A stretch of DNA of 64,000 bases from Terrimicrobiaceae bacterium (GTDB lineage: Bacteria; Verrucomicrobiota; Verrucomicrobiia; Chthoniobacterales; Terrimicrobiaceae). A program made the translations under genes and the position numbers. Location: positions 32,001-96,000 of the forward strand of contig JBGSVZ010000113.1 of assembly GCA_041752695.1 (NCBI GenBank), given 5' to 3'. Below, piece after piece: positions 18,162 through 26,730 of this stretch (position 1 is its first letter; each line of letters starts with the position of its first letter). The notes beneath the pieces were generated by a model. It saw only the letters and a list, made by a program, of their open reading frames with translations. It was not told where the DNA came from and searched no databases.

Positions 18162-20569
18162 CCCATTGCCTCCCTCATCCCCGAGATCATCCAACCGTTC
18201 CACCAATTCAAGGCGCGGCGGCACATGCCGATTTCGTAGGGTCTGCCAGTTCGCCGGCTCATTGGTCCGGGACGTTGGAACATGGTTTCCCACTCAAACC
18301 ATGGCCGGAGATCAACAGGCACTTCGTTCCACGACGGCCAGGCAAGGAATCGCTCGTCCAGGCTCCACTCCCGTTCGTGCCGGCGCTCCACGGCTTCCCA
18401 TGCGCGGTAATCTGCGATCACTGTCGGAACTCTCGCCGCAGCGGATTCGTCCAACCGAATGAATCCATCTTCGCCACGTCTCAGCCAGGGATGAAAGATG
18501 GAAGGGAATGGCTCCAGTTCTTCGTTCTCCAGCACAGGGTTCGGGGCCGTCTGGTGCGCTGCGCGCTGGGCGTTCAGACGCTCGATCACGCGTGGCCGCA
18601 GACGCTCCCAGGCCGCGCCTTCAGTCCATTGTTTGATCCAGTCTTTCTCCTCTCCTCCGGCGGGATAGTCCTCCCACCAGACCTTGCCCATGCTCAGGCC
18701 GGTTGCGATAAACGCCCCATCCACCTCCTTGACCACGGGGAGCAGGTTACGCAGTTGATGGTCGTTGGTGGGTTCAGGCTGGAGCTCCCATTTCTGCTCT
18801 ACATCACGTAAAACCACACGATCGGACCTGCGACGCGGCGCAACTCGGCATACTCGAACCCAGAGCGTTCTAGGCGTCACCGGCCCGGGCTGATCGTCGC
18901 CGCCGGCGAGGCCAGAGAAGTCCACCCACAGGCGGCCACCATCGGGCAATTCCAACGGATCCTGATCGCCCGGGTCGAAGGCCGGCAGAACCCCCACCTG
19001 TTTCGCATCCGGCCGCACCATCCACAACCTGCGCCCCGTTCCAAAGTCCGGCAGTTCCCGCCGAATGCGCCACATCACCTCAGGCGGAGTATTCCACTCT
19101 CGCATCATCCAGCACAGGCAGTCATAGGCCCCCCAGGAAAGCAGGATGGCCAAATCCGGCAGGGTGAGCTTCAAAGGCAGCCCCTTGCTGACATACCCTC
19201 GCAAACGCTCGACATCGTCATGGTAGAGGAAATTGCAGATCAAAGTCCTGTGGCACCCGCCCTGACCGTTGCCTCGATAGAACCACGCAACCTCGGTGGC
19301 GTGAACCAGCGGCAACCCTGCTCCCAACCGTTGAGCTCGTTCGATGTTTTCCCGATTGCAGTTGAAGAACATGGCGCGTTCCCACTCGATATTGTCCCCG
19401 GGGCGCGAAGCTGCCAGCCAGTCGGGCTTGTCCCCAGGCCCAAAATCCATCCCACCATCGATCAGTCTCTCCGCCAGTTCATCGTTGCCACCCGTGATTG
19501 CCAAATACAACGGCTTGCTGTCCCCGTCCCCTGCGGGGCGTGCGCCCGCATCGAGCAAGGCCTCGACAACATCTGTGTGCCCCTCCTTGATGGAATAGCT
19601 CAGCGCCGAGTGGTGTTCGTTGTAACTGCGTTCCAATACCCAGATCGGCAAATCAGCTTTTGCCCCGAGACTTAACGCCAGCCGTGCACCCTGCGCCCAC
19701 CCGCGCACCACGCAGGCTTCCAGGGCCATGTCCACCACCCTGTTACTGAGCCGGGCGACATCCTTGGACCAACTGCTTTTCTGGCTTGGCCCTCTCCCGA
19801 AAGGCTCAAGCCGCTCCACCTCCTGTCGCAAAGTTTTCGGATCCTTCTCCATCACCGCTTGAAAGACCGGATAATCGGAGTTCCAAGCCGCGTTGCAGGC
19901 GATCTCCAGAACGCCTTCGGCGGTGAACCCGGCTTCCGGCAACCTGGCCACAATCCAATCGCTCATGTCATCCCCATTGGAAAATCCCGCCAGCATTAAA
20001 CCTTTTGCGCCCGGGGAAATCCTATCCCAGCATTGCTCGGCCAATGAGCGAAGCCCCAGCCAGCCAATTTCCCACGCATGGGCCTCGACATTGATAAGCA
20101 CCAGGCCGTCGATCTGATTCGGATCGAGATCCGTCCTTTCACCCACTGCCTGCCATTCTTCTACGAGACCCAGGTCCACCCGTGCGGGATAACGCGAAAG
20201 AAAAGTGTGATGCAGCCAGCGGAACCAACCCCGGGGCACTTCAGGTTTCGTGCTGATGATTCGCTCCATCACCGCCGGCCAGTCCTCCGCCAACTGCTCA
20301 GCAACCCAGTCGCGGGCAAAGTCGCTGAAAAACACCACTTCTTCTCTCTCGGACTCTACCTGAACCACCTTTCGCGAATCGAGGTAACCCCGCAAAGCTT
20401 CGGTCCACGATTGGGTCTCTTCAAAACGCCGTTGCAATTGTTCCACAACGATTTCGCGTGCTCGGGCCTCCGCTCCTTCCCGGGTCGCGTGTTCGCTATC
20501 AGGTTTCGGTTTTTCTTTCGGCCGCGAAAACGACCACGGATCGGGAATGATGACTTGGAAAGTTTTCAT
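18158..20569 (-). CDS. Large ankyrin-repeat-containing protein
   Basis: 803 aa; 'SALSYSIKEGHTDVVEALLDAGARP', 'PLYLAITGGNDELAERLIDGGMD'. Confidence 0.75.
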   Translation of the reverse strand: MKTFQVIIPDPWSFSRPKEKPKPDSEHATREGAEARAREIVVEQLQRRFEETQSWTEALRGYLDSRKVVQVESEREEVVFFSDFARDWVAEQLAEDWPAVMERIISTKPEVPRGWFRWLHHTFLSRYPARVDLGLVEEWQAVGERTDLDPNQIDGLVLINVEAHAWEIGWLGLRSLAEQCWDRISPGAKGLMLAGFSNGDDMSDWIVARLPEAGFTAEGVLEIACNAAWNSDYPVFQAVMEKDPKTLRQEVERLEPFGRGPSQKSSWSKDVARLSNRVVDMALEACVVRGWAQGARLALSLGAKADLPIWVLERSYNEHHSALSYSIKEGHTDVVEALLDAGARPAGDGDSKPLYLAITGGNDELAERLIDGGMDFGPGDKPDWLAASRPGDNIEWERAMFFNCNRENIERAQRLGAGLPLVHATEVAWFYRGNGQGGCHRTLICNFLYHDDVERLRGYVSKGLPLKLTLPDLAILLSWGAYDCLCWMMREWNTPPEVMWRIRRELPDFGTGRRLWMVRPDAKQVGVLPAFDPGDQDPLELPDGGRLWVDFSGLAGGDDQPGPVTPRTLWVRVCRVAPRRRSDRVVLRDVEQKWELQPEPTNDHQLRNLLPVVKEVDGAFIATGLSMGKVWWEDYPAGGEEKDWIKQWTEGAAWERLRPRVIERLNAQRAAHQTAPNPVLENEELEPFPSIFHPWLRRGEDGFIRLDESAAARVPTVIADYRAWEAVERRHEREWSLDERFLAWPSWNEVPVDLRPWFEWETMFQRPGPMSRRTGRPYEIGMCRRALNWWNGWMISGMREAMG

Positions 20570-20614
20570 GGGTATAAATGCATTGTAGCGGGAGCGAGGG
20601 ACAAGGGTGGTCCC

Positions 20615-20998
20615 TCACTTTTCCCCCTGCTGATTTCGGAGGCATCTTTCTGCTTCGCGTTGAAAATCCGGGGCTCGTAGCGCACTCTGCAGCCATTCCT
20701 TGGTGGCGGAGCCAACCGGGATGCCCAATTGGGCGGCGCGAGTGACACCTCGGATGACCGCGTGGGTTTGCAGTCGGACTGGATAGGCCCTTGGACCCGA
20801 GGGCCGGGTCGCTTCGAGACGACCACCGCCCGAGATCCGGAAGTGTTCTCCCAATTGGATCGGCCTTCCGCTGAGAGTTTCGGTGAGGTAAGCCGAGTAA
20901 TAGGGGATTTGAGTGTTGGTTTCCTGAAGGAGAATCTCCCCCAGCTGACGGTAGGTTTTAGGTGTAAGCATAGTGAGTCTGCGAATAGCGATGTGCAA
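20615..20998 (-). CDS. Hypothetical protein
   Basis: 127-aa ORF filling the gap, co-oriented; no motif recognised. Confidence 0.4.
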   Translation of the reverse strand: MHIAIRRLTMLTPKTYRQLGEILLQETNTQIPYYSAYLTETLSGRPIQLGEHFRISGGGRLEATRPSGPRAYPVRLQTHAVIRGVTRAAQLGIPVGSATKEWLQSALRAPDFQREAERCLRNQQGEK

Positions 20999-21089
20999 TT
21001 GCGACTCACGGGCGTTAACTCATGCTGCGAACCATAGCCGCTTAACGTGCAGCGTGGTATTTGGATATTCTCATCCCACCTGACTTTTG

Positions 21090-21139
21090 AGTCAGGCCAG
21101 CCCCTTTTCCAGGACCTCAATCAACGTGTCCTTCAACCT
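21090..21139 (-). repeat. Diverged second copy of the LysR gene 3' end (direct repeat with 22156-22205)
   Basis: 44/50 identical by manual alignment; encodes RLKDTLIEVLEKGLA* versus RLKDTLIEVLAQGLA*. Confidence 0.85.
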
Positions 21140-21172
21140 CCCTGAACTCCTCGGGCGCGCTGAGATTTCGGA

Positions 21173-22075
21173 TCAATCGGCAACCCAACTCAGAACGGAA
21201 GAATCGGCAGCGGCGACGTTTTCCGTGGCCTCGAAATAGGCCTTCTCCAAATAGTTGAGCGACCCGTGATAAGGAGTAACGTCACGGTTCTCGCCTCCCT
21301 TGGCGAACTCGATCAGCCTCCGGCATTTCTCCAGGATTTCGGTGCGGTATTGGTCGTCATGGAAAAGGAAGATGCGGCGTCCTCTCGCATGAAATGCCTT
21401 CCAAAGAACCAATCCATCATTGCGGGCTACAACGACACCGCGTTCAATTCCAGCGCATCCCGCAACGCCGCAGCTACAGGTAAAGATTTCGTGCTCGTCG
21501 CTTTCAACCGTTGAGCGCAGCAGTGAGCCGGGACAGATCGTTCCCTGATATGGCTCCATCCCATCAATCAAGAGCTTGAGTGACATGGCCTCCGTGTTTC
21601 CGTCGGTTTCCTCCACCAAATCGAGCTGAAGTCGTGAAATACGTCCGCCCAACAAGCGGTGGAAATCTGCAAATGTTTTTGGCGCGATCAGACGCGCATT
21701 CCACTCGTCCGCAAAGGAGCGCACATGCCGGACGAACTCATCATGCCCGAAGTATGCGAAGCCAATGCCTTGCCCCACATGGCGCATGTGAACCCGGACC
21801 ACGTGGGGCTCGGCATCCATCTCGGCCGCGGCGTCGAAGAGCACGCCGGGAAGTGGTCCTGTGCCATCCTCCACCTCGTCGTCGGTGGTCATTCGGACGA
21901 AAATCAAGAACCGCCTTTCGCCGAATTCTCCGTAGAGGAGGGAATTGCAACCGAATCGCTCTTCCGGCACCCGTTTGGGCGTGATCTTGCACCGGTAGAA
22001 CGCCGAAGCCGAGACCATCAGCCCGCGCTCGATGACTTCCGCTGCAAGGTGTGAGTTGGGATGGGTGAATTCCAT
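21173..22075 (-). CDS. Hypothetical two-domain protein with CxCxxxxC motif
   Basis: Start reset to MEFTHP (ATG 22075); 'IFTCSCGVAGCAGI' in C-terminal half. Confidence 0.6.
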   Translation of the reverse strand: MEFTHPNSHLAAEVIERGLMVSASAFYRCKITPKRVPEERFGCNSLLYGEFGERRFLIFVRMTTDDEVEDGTGPLPGVLFDAAAEMDAEPHVVRVHMRHVGQGIGFAYFGHDEFVRHVRSFADEWNARLIAPKTFADFHRLLGGRISRLQLDLVEETDGNTEAMSLKLLIDGMEPYQGTICPGSLLRSTVESDEHEIFTCSCGVAGCAGIERGVVVARNDGLVLWKAFHARGRRIFLFHDDQYRTEILEKCRRLIEFAKGGENRDVTPYHGSLNYLEKAYFEATENVAAADSSVLSWVAD

Positions 22076-22157
22076 GGTTTTTCGCAAAGGGAAGTGATCC
22101 TTGTGAAGTTTTCCACCTCCAGCCATTCACAAAAATTCAGGTCACATGTCTCTGAAG

Positions 22158-23045
22158 TCAGGCCAGTCCTTGTGCCAGGACCTCGATCAAAGTGTCCTTC
22201 AACCTTTCCGAACCCGGTCGAACATCCAGCACCCGCCGATGCCAGGCCAACCCCAACTCGCGTTTGATCGGACGCAGCCACGCGGGATCATGGACGGTAA
22301 CCTGCTTGTCGAAATATGCCGCCGAGATGTGCGGGAGAATGGCAGCGGCCACACCGGAGCGAACCATTTGCGCCGCCTGGGTGAAGCTTGTGCAGCGAAA
22401 GACGATGTTCGGTCGCTTCCGCAGTTTTGCCGTAGCCAGTTCGAAAGCCTCCAAGAACTCCCCACCAATCGAGATGGCAAGAGGCAGTTCAGTCGGGTCT
22501 TTGCGTTCACCCGCACCCTTAGGCGCGAACAGTCGATAGCGCACTTCTCCCAAAGAATGAAATTGCAGTGGATGCACCAACGCAGACCGCCGGATGATCC
22601 CGAAATCCACGGTATGCTCCAAAAGGCCGCGCACGATGTCACCGGTTCTCCAGTCCAGCAGCGAATACGTCCCTGGCACCGCCGTCGAAGCGCGTCCCAT
22701 CTGGGGAGCGAGCAACCACTCCAGCACGCTGTTACCGGAGGCGATTCGAAACTCCACCGGCTGCCCCGCACATTCCGCCTTGAAATCCGATAGCCCCTGA
22801 AATTGCAAACGAACCTGGCGAGCCAATTGCCGCCCTGCCTCCGTGAATTCCAGTCCCTTTCCCTTCCTCTTCGTCAATTCTACGCCGAAGAAGGACTCCA
22901 ACTCGCTGATCTGCCGGCTGATCAAGGATTGCCGCGAAGGATCGCCGTCGGCCACCCGCGCAATCGAGCCCACCTCGGCCACATCAATGAAGCTTTTGAG
23001 CCGGTCAATAGAAAGTCCACCGAGAGAAAAGAGATTTTCAAACAT
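22158..23045 (-). CDS. LysR family transcriptional regulator
   Basis: 'IDRLKSFIDVAEVGSIARVA...QSLISRQISELESFFGVELTKR...FTEAG'; 295 aa. Confidence 0.9.
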   Translation of the reverse strand: MFENLFSLGGLSIDRLKSFIDVAEVGSIARVADGDPSRQSLISRQISELESFFGVELTKRKGKGLEFTEAGRQLARQVRLQFQGLSDFKAECAGQPVEFRIASGNSVLEWLLAPQMGRASTAVPGTYSLLDWRTGDIVRGLLEHTVDFGIIRRSALVHPLQFHSLGEVRYRLFAPKGAGERKDPTELPLAISIGGEFLEAFELATAKLRKRPNIVFRCTSFTQAAQMVRSGVAAAILPHISAAYFDKQVTVHDPAWLRPIKRELGLAWHRRVLDVRPGSERLKDTLIEVLAQGLA

Positions 23046-23102
23046 GATGATAAAGTAATCTTTCAGTCAATACACCCACAAACGCCGCATGCGAAGTCTC
23101 AT

Positions 23103-23678
23103 TCATTTGCTCGCGTTGTCTGAAAAATTTCGGAAATACCAGTCGACCTCATCTCTCCGGACAACCGGATCGGGGATTTGTCGCAGCGCCCAGTTCAAAA
23201 GTGGCCGGTAAGGAATATCCGCGTGATGCCATTCCACGCCCGCAGCCCTTTCCTGCATCCATTCCTGCCGCACCCGCTCGAAGGCCTCGGGGGACAACTC
23301 CTCAAAGGGTAAGCTTTCTCGATCTTCCGGCACGGTGTTTTCCAGCCATGCCTTGTGCATCTCCGCCTGATATTCCGCATGACTGGCCCCGGATTCAAAA
23401 CACGAAATCAGTCCATCAAGGTCCCAGCAACCATAGCCGTATGTTTCCGAACACTCGAACACAACTTCCCCTGGCGTTCTCGGGTCGGCATCCAGCCACT
23501 TTCGCTCGACAGGAGAAAGTGGGAGAAGAGCCGTGTGCAGATAGTCGGCAAGCCACGCAACATACGTCTCATAGTCGCCGGCCACCCGACACGCATCCAG
23601 CTCCGTGCCATCAGATCGTTTCGGAACGGTGAAATCCACAAATGACCGAGGGGGAAAATTCTCCAAAAACCAGCTCAT
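23103..23678 (-). CDS. Hypothetical protein
   Basis: Start reset to MSWFLENF (ATG 23678) with GGGAG RBS. Confidence 0.55.
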   Translation of the reverse strand: MSWFLENFPPRSFVDFTVPKRSDGTELDACRVAGDYETYVAWLADYLHTALLPLSPVERKWLDADPRTPGEVVFECSETYGYGCWDLDGLISCFESGASHAEYQAEMHKAWLENTVPEDRESLPFEELSPEAFERVRQEWMQERAAGVEWHHADIPYRPLLNWALRQIPDPVVRRDEVDWYFRNFSDNASK

Positions 23679-23785
23679 ATTTTTACTCCCTAAAAACATA
23701 GAGGCCATGAGGGACATCGGCAGTCCTTTCTTCTTTTTTTCTCCGGTGACCACAGATGTCCCTGGGTCTTGCCAGAATGTGGCTA

Positions 23786-24700
23786 ATGAAAATCCAAGAC
23801 ACACCCACATCCGCCCACAATCTCACCGCTTGGTTCGTTTCCGTTCCCACCGTCCCCGGCATTCCCAGCTACACCGTCCTTGAAGAGGCCATGGAAACTC
23901 AAACCGGCCTGCTTCATGAAACCGGAGACGTCAACGAACTCTTGATCGAGAATCCAGGGGATCTGGATCTCTTCATTCAAGCCGGCGATATTGTGAAAGG
24001 CGGACGCCAGGATCGAACGCTTGGTGCGGACTTTATTGTGCCGGCCAGGTCAGGGAAGGTCCCCATTCCGGTTTTTTGCGTGGAATCAGCCCGCTGGCAC
24101 AAACGCCGCAATGAATCGGACGCCCACTTCTCGAAATCCAGCGATTTTGCGTCATCGAAGAAGCTGCGAATGGCACTCCAGTCCAAAAAGAGCCAGGGCG
24201 AAGTCTGGGCCTCGGTCGAGGAAGATCAGGCCAAGTTGAGCGAGAGCATCGGACTTTGCGCGAAAGCCGCCATGTCACCATCCAGTATTCAACTTTCCTA
24301 CGAGATGAAGGAGACTACCGCCGCGGTGGAGGAATATCTGGCGGGTTTGGAGGCCGCCCCATCCCCAGAAGCGGCGGGCGTGATCTGGGCCATCAACGGA
24401 AAATTCAGCCACGCCGATGTTTACGGAGATGCGGCTCTGTTTCGAAAGGTTTGGAAAAAGCTCCTTCGCGCCGCCGCCTTTGAGGCCATCGGCGAGCGAA
24501 CCCAACCATCCACAGACTTGCCGACCGACATTGCCGAGGTCTCGAAATGGCTTGAAGAAGCCAAAGCTGCCACGGCGGAAGAGGAAAACCTTCCCCCACG
24601 GACACGCCTCTCCACCCGCAGGGCCAAGTCGCAGCTCCGGTTCGAGACCCGCGATACGGCTGTCGCCGACCCGATCCACCTCAGCATCCTCGCGCAGTAA
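23786..24700 (+). CDS. ARPP-1 / DUF6569-like protein
   Basis: 'VNELLIEN..LFIQAGDIVKGGRQDRTL..DFIVP..VPIPVFCVESARW', 'SQGEVWASV', 'GVIWAING..ADVY...LFRKVWKKLL'. Confidence 0.75.
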   Translation: MKIQDTPTSAHNLTAWFVSVPTVPGIPSYTVLEEAMETQTGLLHETGDVNELLIENPGDLDLFIQAGDIVKGGRQDRTLGADFIVPARSGKVPIPVFCVESARWHKRRNESDAHFSKSSDFASSKKLRMALQSKKSQGEVWASVEEDQAKLSESIGLCAKAAMSPSSIQLSYEMKETTAAVEEYLAGLEAAPSPEAAGVIWAINGKFSHADVYGDAALFRKVWKKLLRAAAFEAIGERTQPSTDLPTDIAEVSKWLEEAKAATAEEENLPPRTRLSTRRAKSQLRFETRDTAVADPIHLSILAQ

Positions 24701-24703
24701 TCC

Positions 24704-25045
24704 ATGTGGCTCGCAACCCAACACGGCTTCTATTCCATTGTTGAGAAGAAATCCGGGGAGTTTCACGTCCGCGCACGCTGCCGCAAAGATCTGGAAAATC
24801 TCGTCTCGTTATCAGGGCTGGCAACGCCGATCATCGAGACACTGGCCGGCGACTACCGTTGGCGGCTCGTCGTCGGAAAGTCCGAGGTTTTGAAAGTGCT
24901 CGCCGCTCTGGGTGACTCGATCGACTATTTCAACTTCAAGGATCGCATCCACGATCTTCCAGACCAGCGCGAAAAGGCACCGATCTATTCTCGGTTGTGG
25001 TCGCAGCTCTATTCGCTTCAATCGAAACAAGGAGGCCGGTTATGA
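24704..25045 (+). CDS. Conserved small hypothetical protein
   Basis: 'MWLATQHGFYSIV..HVRAR..DLE', 'DYRWR', 'IDYFNFK'; 3 bp after upstream stop. Confidence 0.7.
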   Translation: MWLATQHGFYSIVEKKSGEFHVRARCRKDLENLVSLSGLATPIIETLAGDYRWRLVVGKSEVLKVLAALGDSIDYFNFKDRIHDLPDQREKAPIYSRLWSQLYSLQSKQGGRL

Positions 25046-25605
25046 CGATGCAGGCATCGGAGTTTCTCGAAGCCGAGGACCGGAGCTACGTCGTCTATGG
25101 ATTCGACGGGGAAAACCAGTTTTCGCCCGAGACTATCGGCATCAAGATCGAGGGAGCCTCCACCGCTTGCTACCGGGGCTGGTTTGCGAACTGCCGCCTC
25201 TGGGATGGACGACTCTTTGTCAATGAATTGACAATATACTCCCGGCGGGTTCCCCCCATCTGCGGTATTAGACCAGAAATCGGTGACTTCTCCTCAAAGT
25301 ATCGTGGCCTCATGCTCCCCTCGGGATTTACGGGAGAAGTCACCGTGATTCCTGCAGAAGACCGAAGCCGAGCGCGGATTCTCTACTACTGCATACCCGA
25401 TAAAGACGAAATCGTTTCCCAGTTCGTTCTAACATTCACCTTGGGAAGACTCAAATCCGTTAAGAATACCTCCTATCTTCTTCAGGCCGAAGTTGACGAA
25501 GACGAACCGGGGAAAAATGCCCGGGCCGGCCGGATCTTTGGCGATGTGCCGACCCCGTTTGATCATCTCATTTACAAGCACTTTAACGAATGGGAGGCTG
25601 GCTGA
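25042..25605 (+). CDS. Conserved hypothetical protein ('STAC[YW]RG' motif)
   Basis: ATGA overlap with upstream gene; 'MTMQ..E', 'STACYRGW', 'FTGEV', 'LTFTLGRL'. Confidence 0.65.
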   Translation: MTMQASEFLEAEDRSYVVYGFDGENQFSPETIGIKIEGASTACYRGWFANCRLWDGRLFVNELTIYSRRVPPICGIRPEIGDFSSKYRGLMLPSGFTGEVTVIPAEDRSRARILYYCIPDKDEIVSQFVLTFTLGRLKSVKNTSYLLQAEVDEDEPGKNARAGRIFGDVPTPFDHLIYKHFNEWEAG

Positions 25606-25632
25606 AATAGTGCGCTTTTCCGAGGAAAATTG

Positions 25633-26157
25633 ATGACCCCGTTTCCAAAAATCACCATCAGCAGCGTCGAGGAGTTGGATGATCTGGATCTGACAGGCTT
25701 TACCCACGTCATTTCGATCTGGGACCCGCTGGCTTCCGGGCAATCGCACCACGAACGCCGCTTTCGAAGCAAACTCGCGAAGTCGGCCCAAGTCCATTTC
25801 ACCTACTTCGATGACATCGTCTCTCCGCTGCCCAATCGTCAGGCTCCTTCCCTCGAGCAAGTCCGGGAAATCCTCGCCTTCAGCGCCGCACTTCCGAAAC
25901 GCGCCTCCGTTCTGATCCACTGTTGGGCCGGCATCTCCCGCTCGACCGCCGTCGCCTATGCCATCTTGTGCCAGTCCGCCGGCCCAGGAACCGAAAAGGA
26001 CTGCATCGTTCAGCTGCAAAAGATCCGACCCAAAGCCCTTCCAAACTTGCGGATTATCACTCTTGCCGAACTCGCATTGGGCCGCAACGGCACCATGTTC
26101 GCCGCGTGCGAGGATTTGAGTATGCGTCAGTTTTCAGTGGTCGACGACGAACATTGA
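25633..26157 (+). CDS. Cys-dependent (CX5R) tyrosine/dual-specificity phosphatase-like protein
   Basis: 'LIHCWAGISRSTA' P-loop, upstream 'FDDI', downstream 'RP.A.PN'. Confidence 0.88.
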   Translation: MTPFPKITISSVEELDDLDLTGFTHVISIWDPLASGQSHHERRFRSKLAKSAQVHFTYFDDIVSPLPNRQAPSLEQVREILAFSAALPKRASVLIHCWAGISRSTAVAYAILCQSAGPGTEKDCIVQLQKIRPKALPNLRIITLAELALGRNGTMFAACEDLSMRQFSVVDDEH

Positions 26158-26214
26158 CCAGTATCTCCGAGAAGGACAGCCGTTGTCCCTCGGTGATGCT
26201 ATAGCAGTCTGATC

Positions 26215-26712
26215 ATGACCCCTGCACAATCCACCCACCTCGCCGACCACCATGAAGAGACATGGTCGCCGCCAAGCGAGGCCCATTTTCACGCCTTTAC
26301 CTGGACCGAATGCTTTGCGCAATCGGAGCCCGGCTCACGCGTGTATCGGTATGGAATCATTGGCGCCCAAGCGGAGAAGCATTTCAGGATCTATTTTCGC
26401 CGCGTGACCTGGCCGAAGGCAGAGTGGATGGCACACGATATGTCGACGTCACGTTCTCTCGAACTGAGCACCTGTCTAAAGACCATCAGTATTCCACTCT
26501 ACTTCGAGGCTGATTGGGAGAGCTCCATTCACGATAACAACAGACTTATCGTGCCTCGGGGTGGAGCCTCTGTCTCCTTGTGGTGGGATAGTTGGTCTAA
26601 TCCGGTTTTCGAGGCTCTTGAGCCGCTCTGGCCGTTCCTGTCAGAAACTCGCGAAATTCTGAAAGATGTTTTTGCCGAGAAGGAAGCGTTAACGAATGAC
26701 GCCGAACTCTAA
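26215..26712 (+). CDS. Hypothetical protein
   Basis: 165-aa ORF between phosphatase and RtcB, same strand. Confidence 0.5.
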   Translation: MTPAQSTHLADHHEETWSPPSEAHFHAFTWTECFAQSEPGSRVYRYGIIGAQAEKHFRIYFRRVTWPKAEWMAHDMSTSRSLELSTCLKTISIPLYFEADWESSIHDNNRLIVPRGGASVSLWWDSWSNPVFEALEPLWPFLSETREILKDVFAEKEALTNDAEL

Positions 26713-26730
26713 ACTCGCAGTCTCACACTC

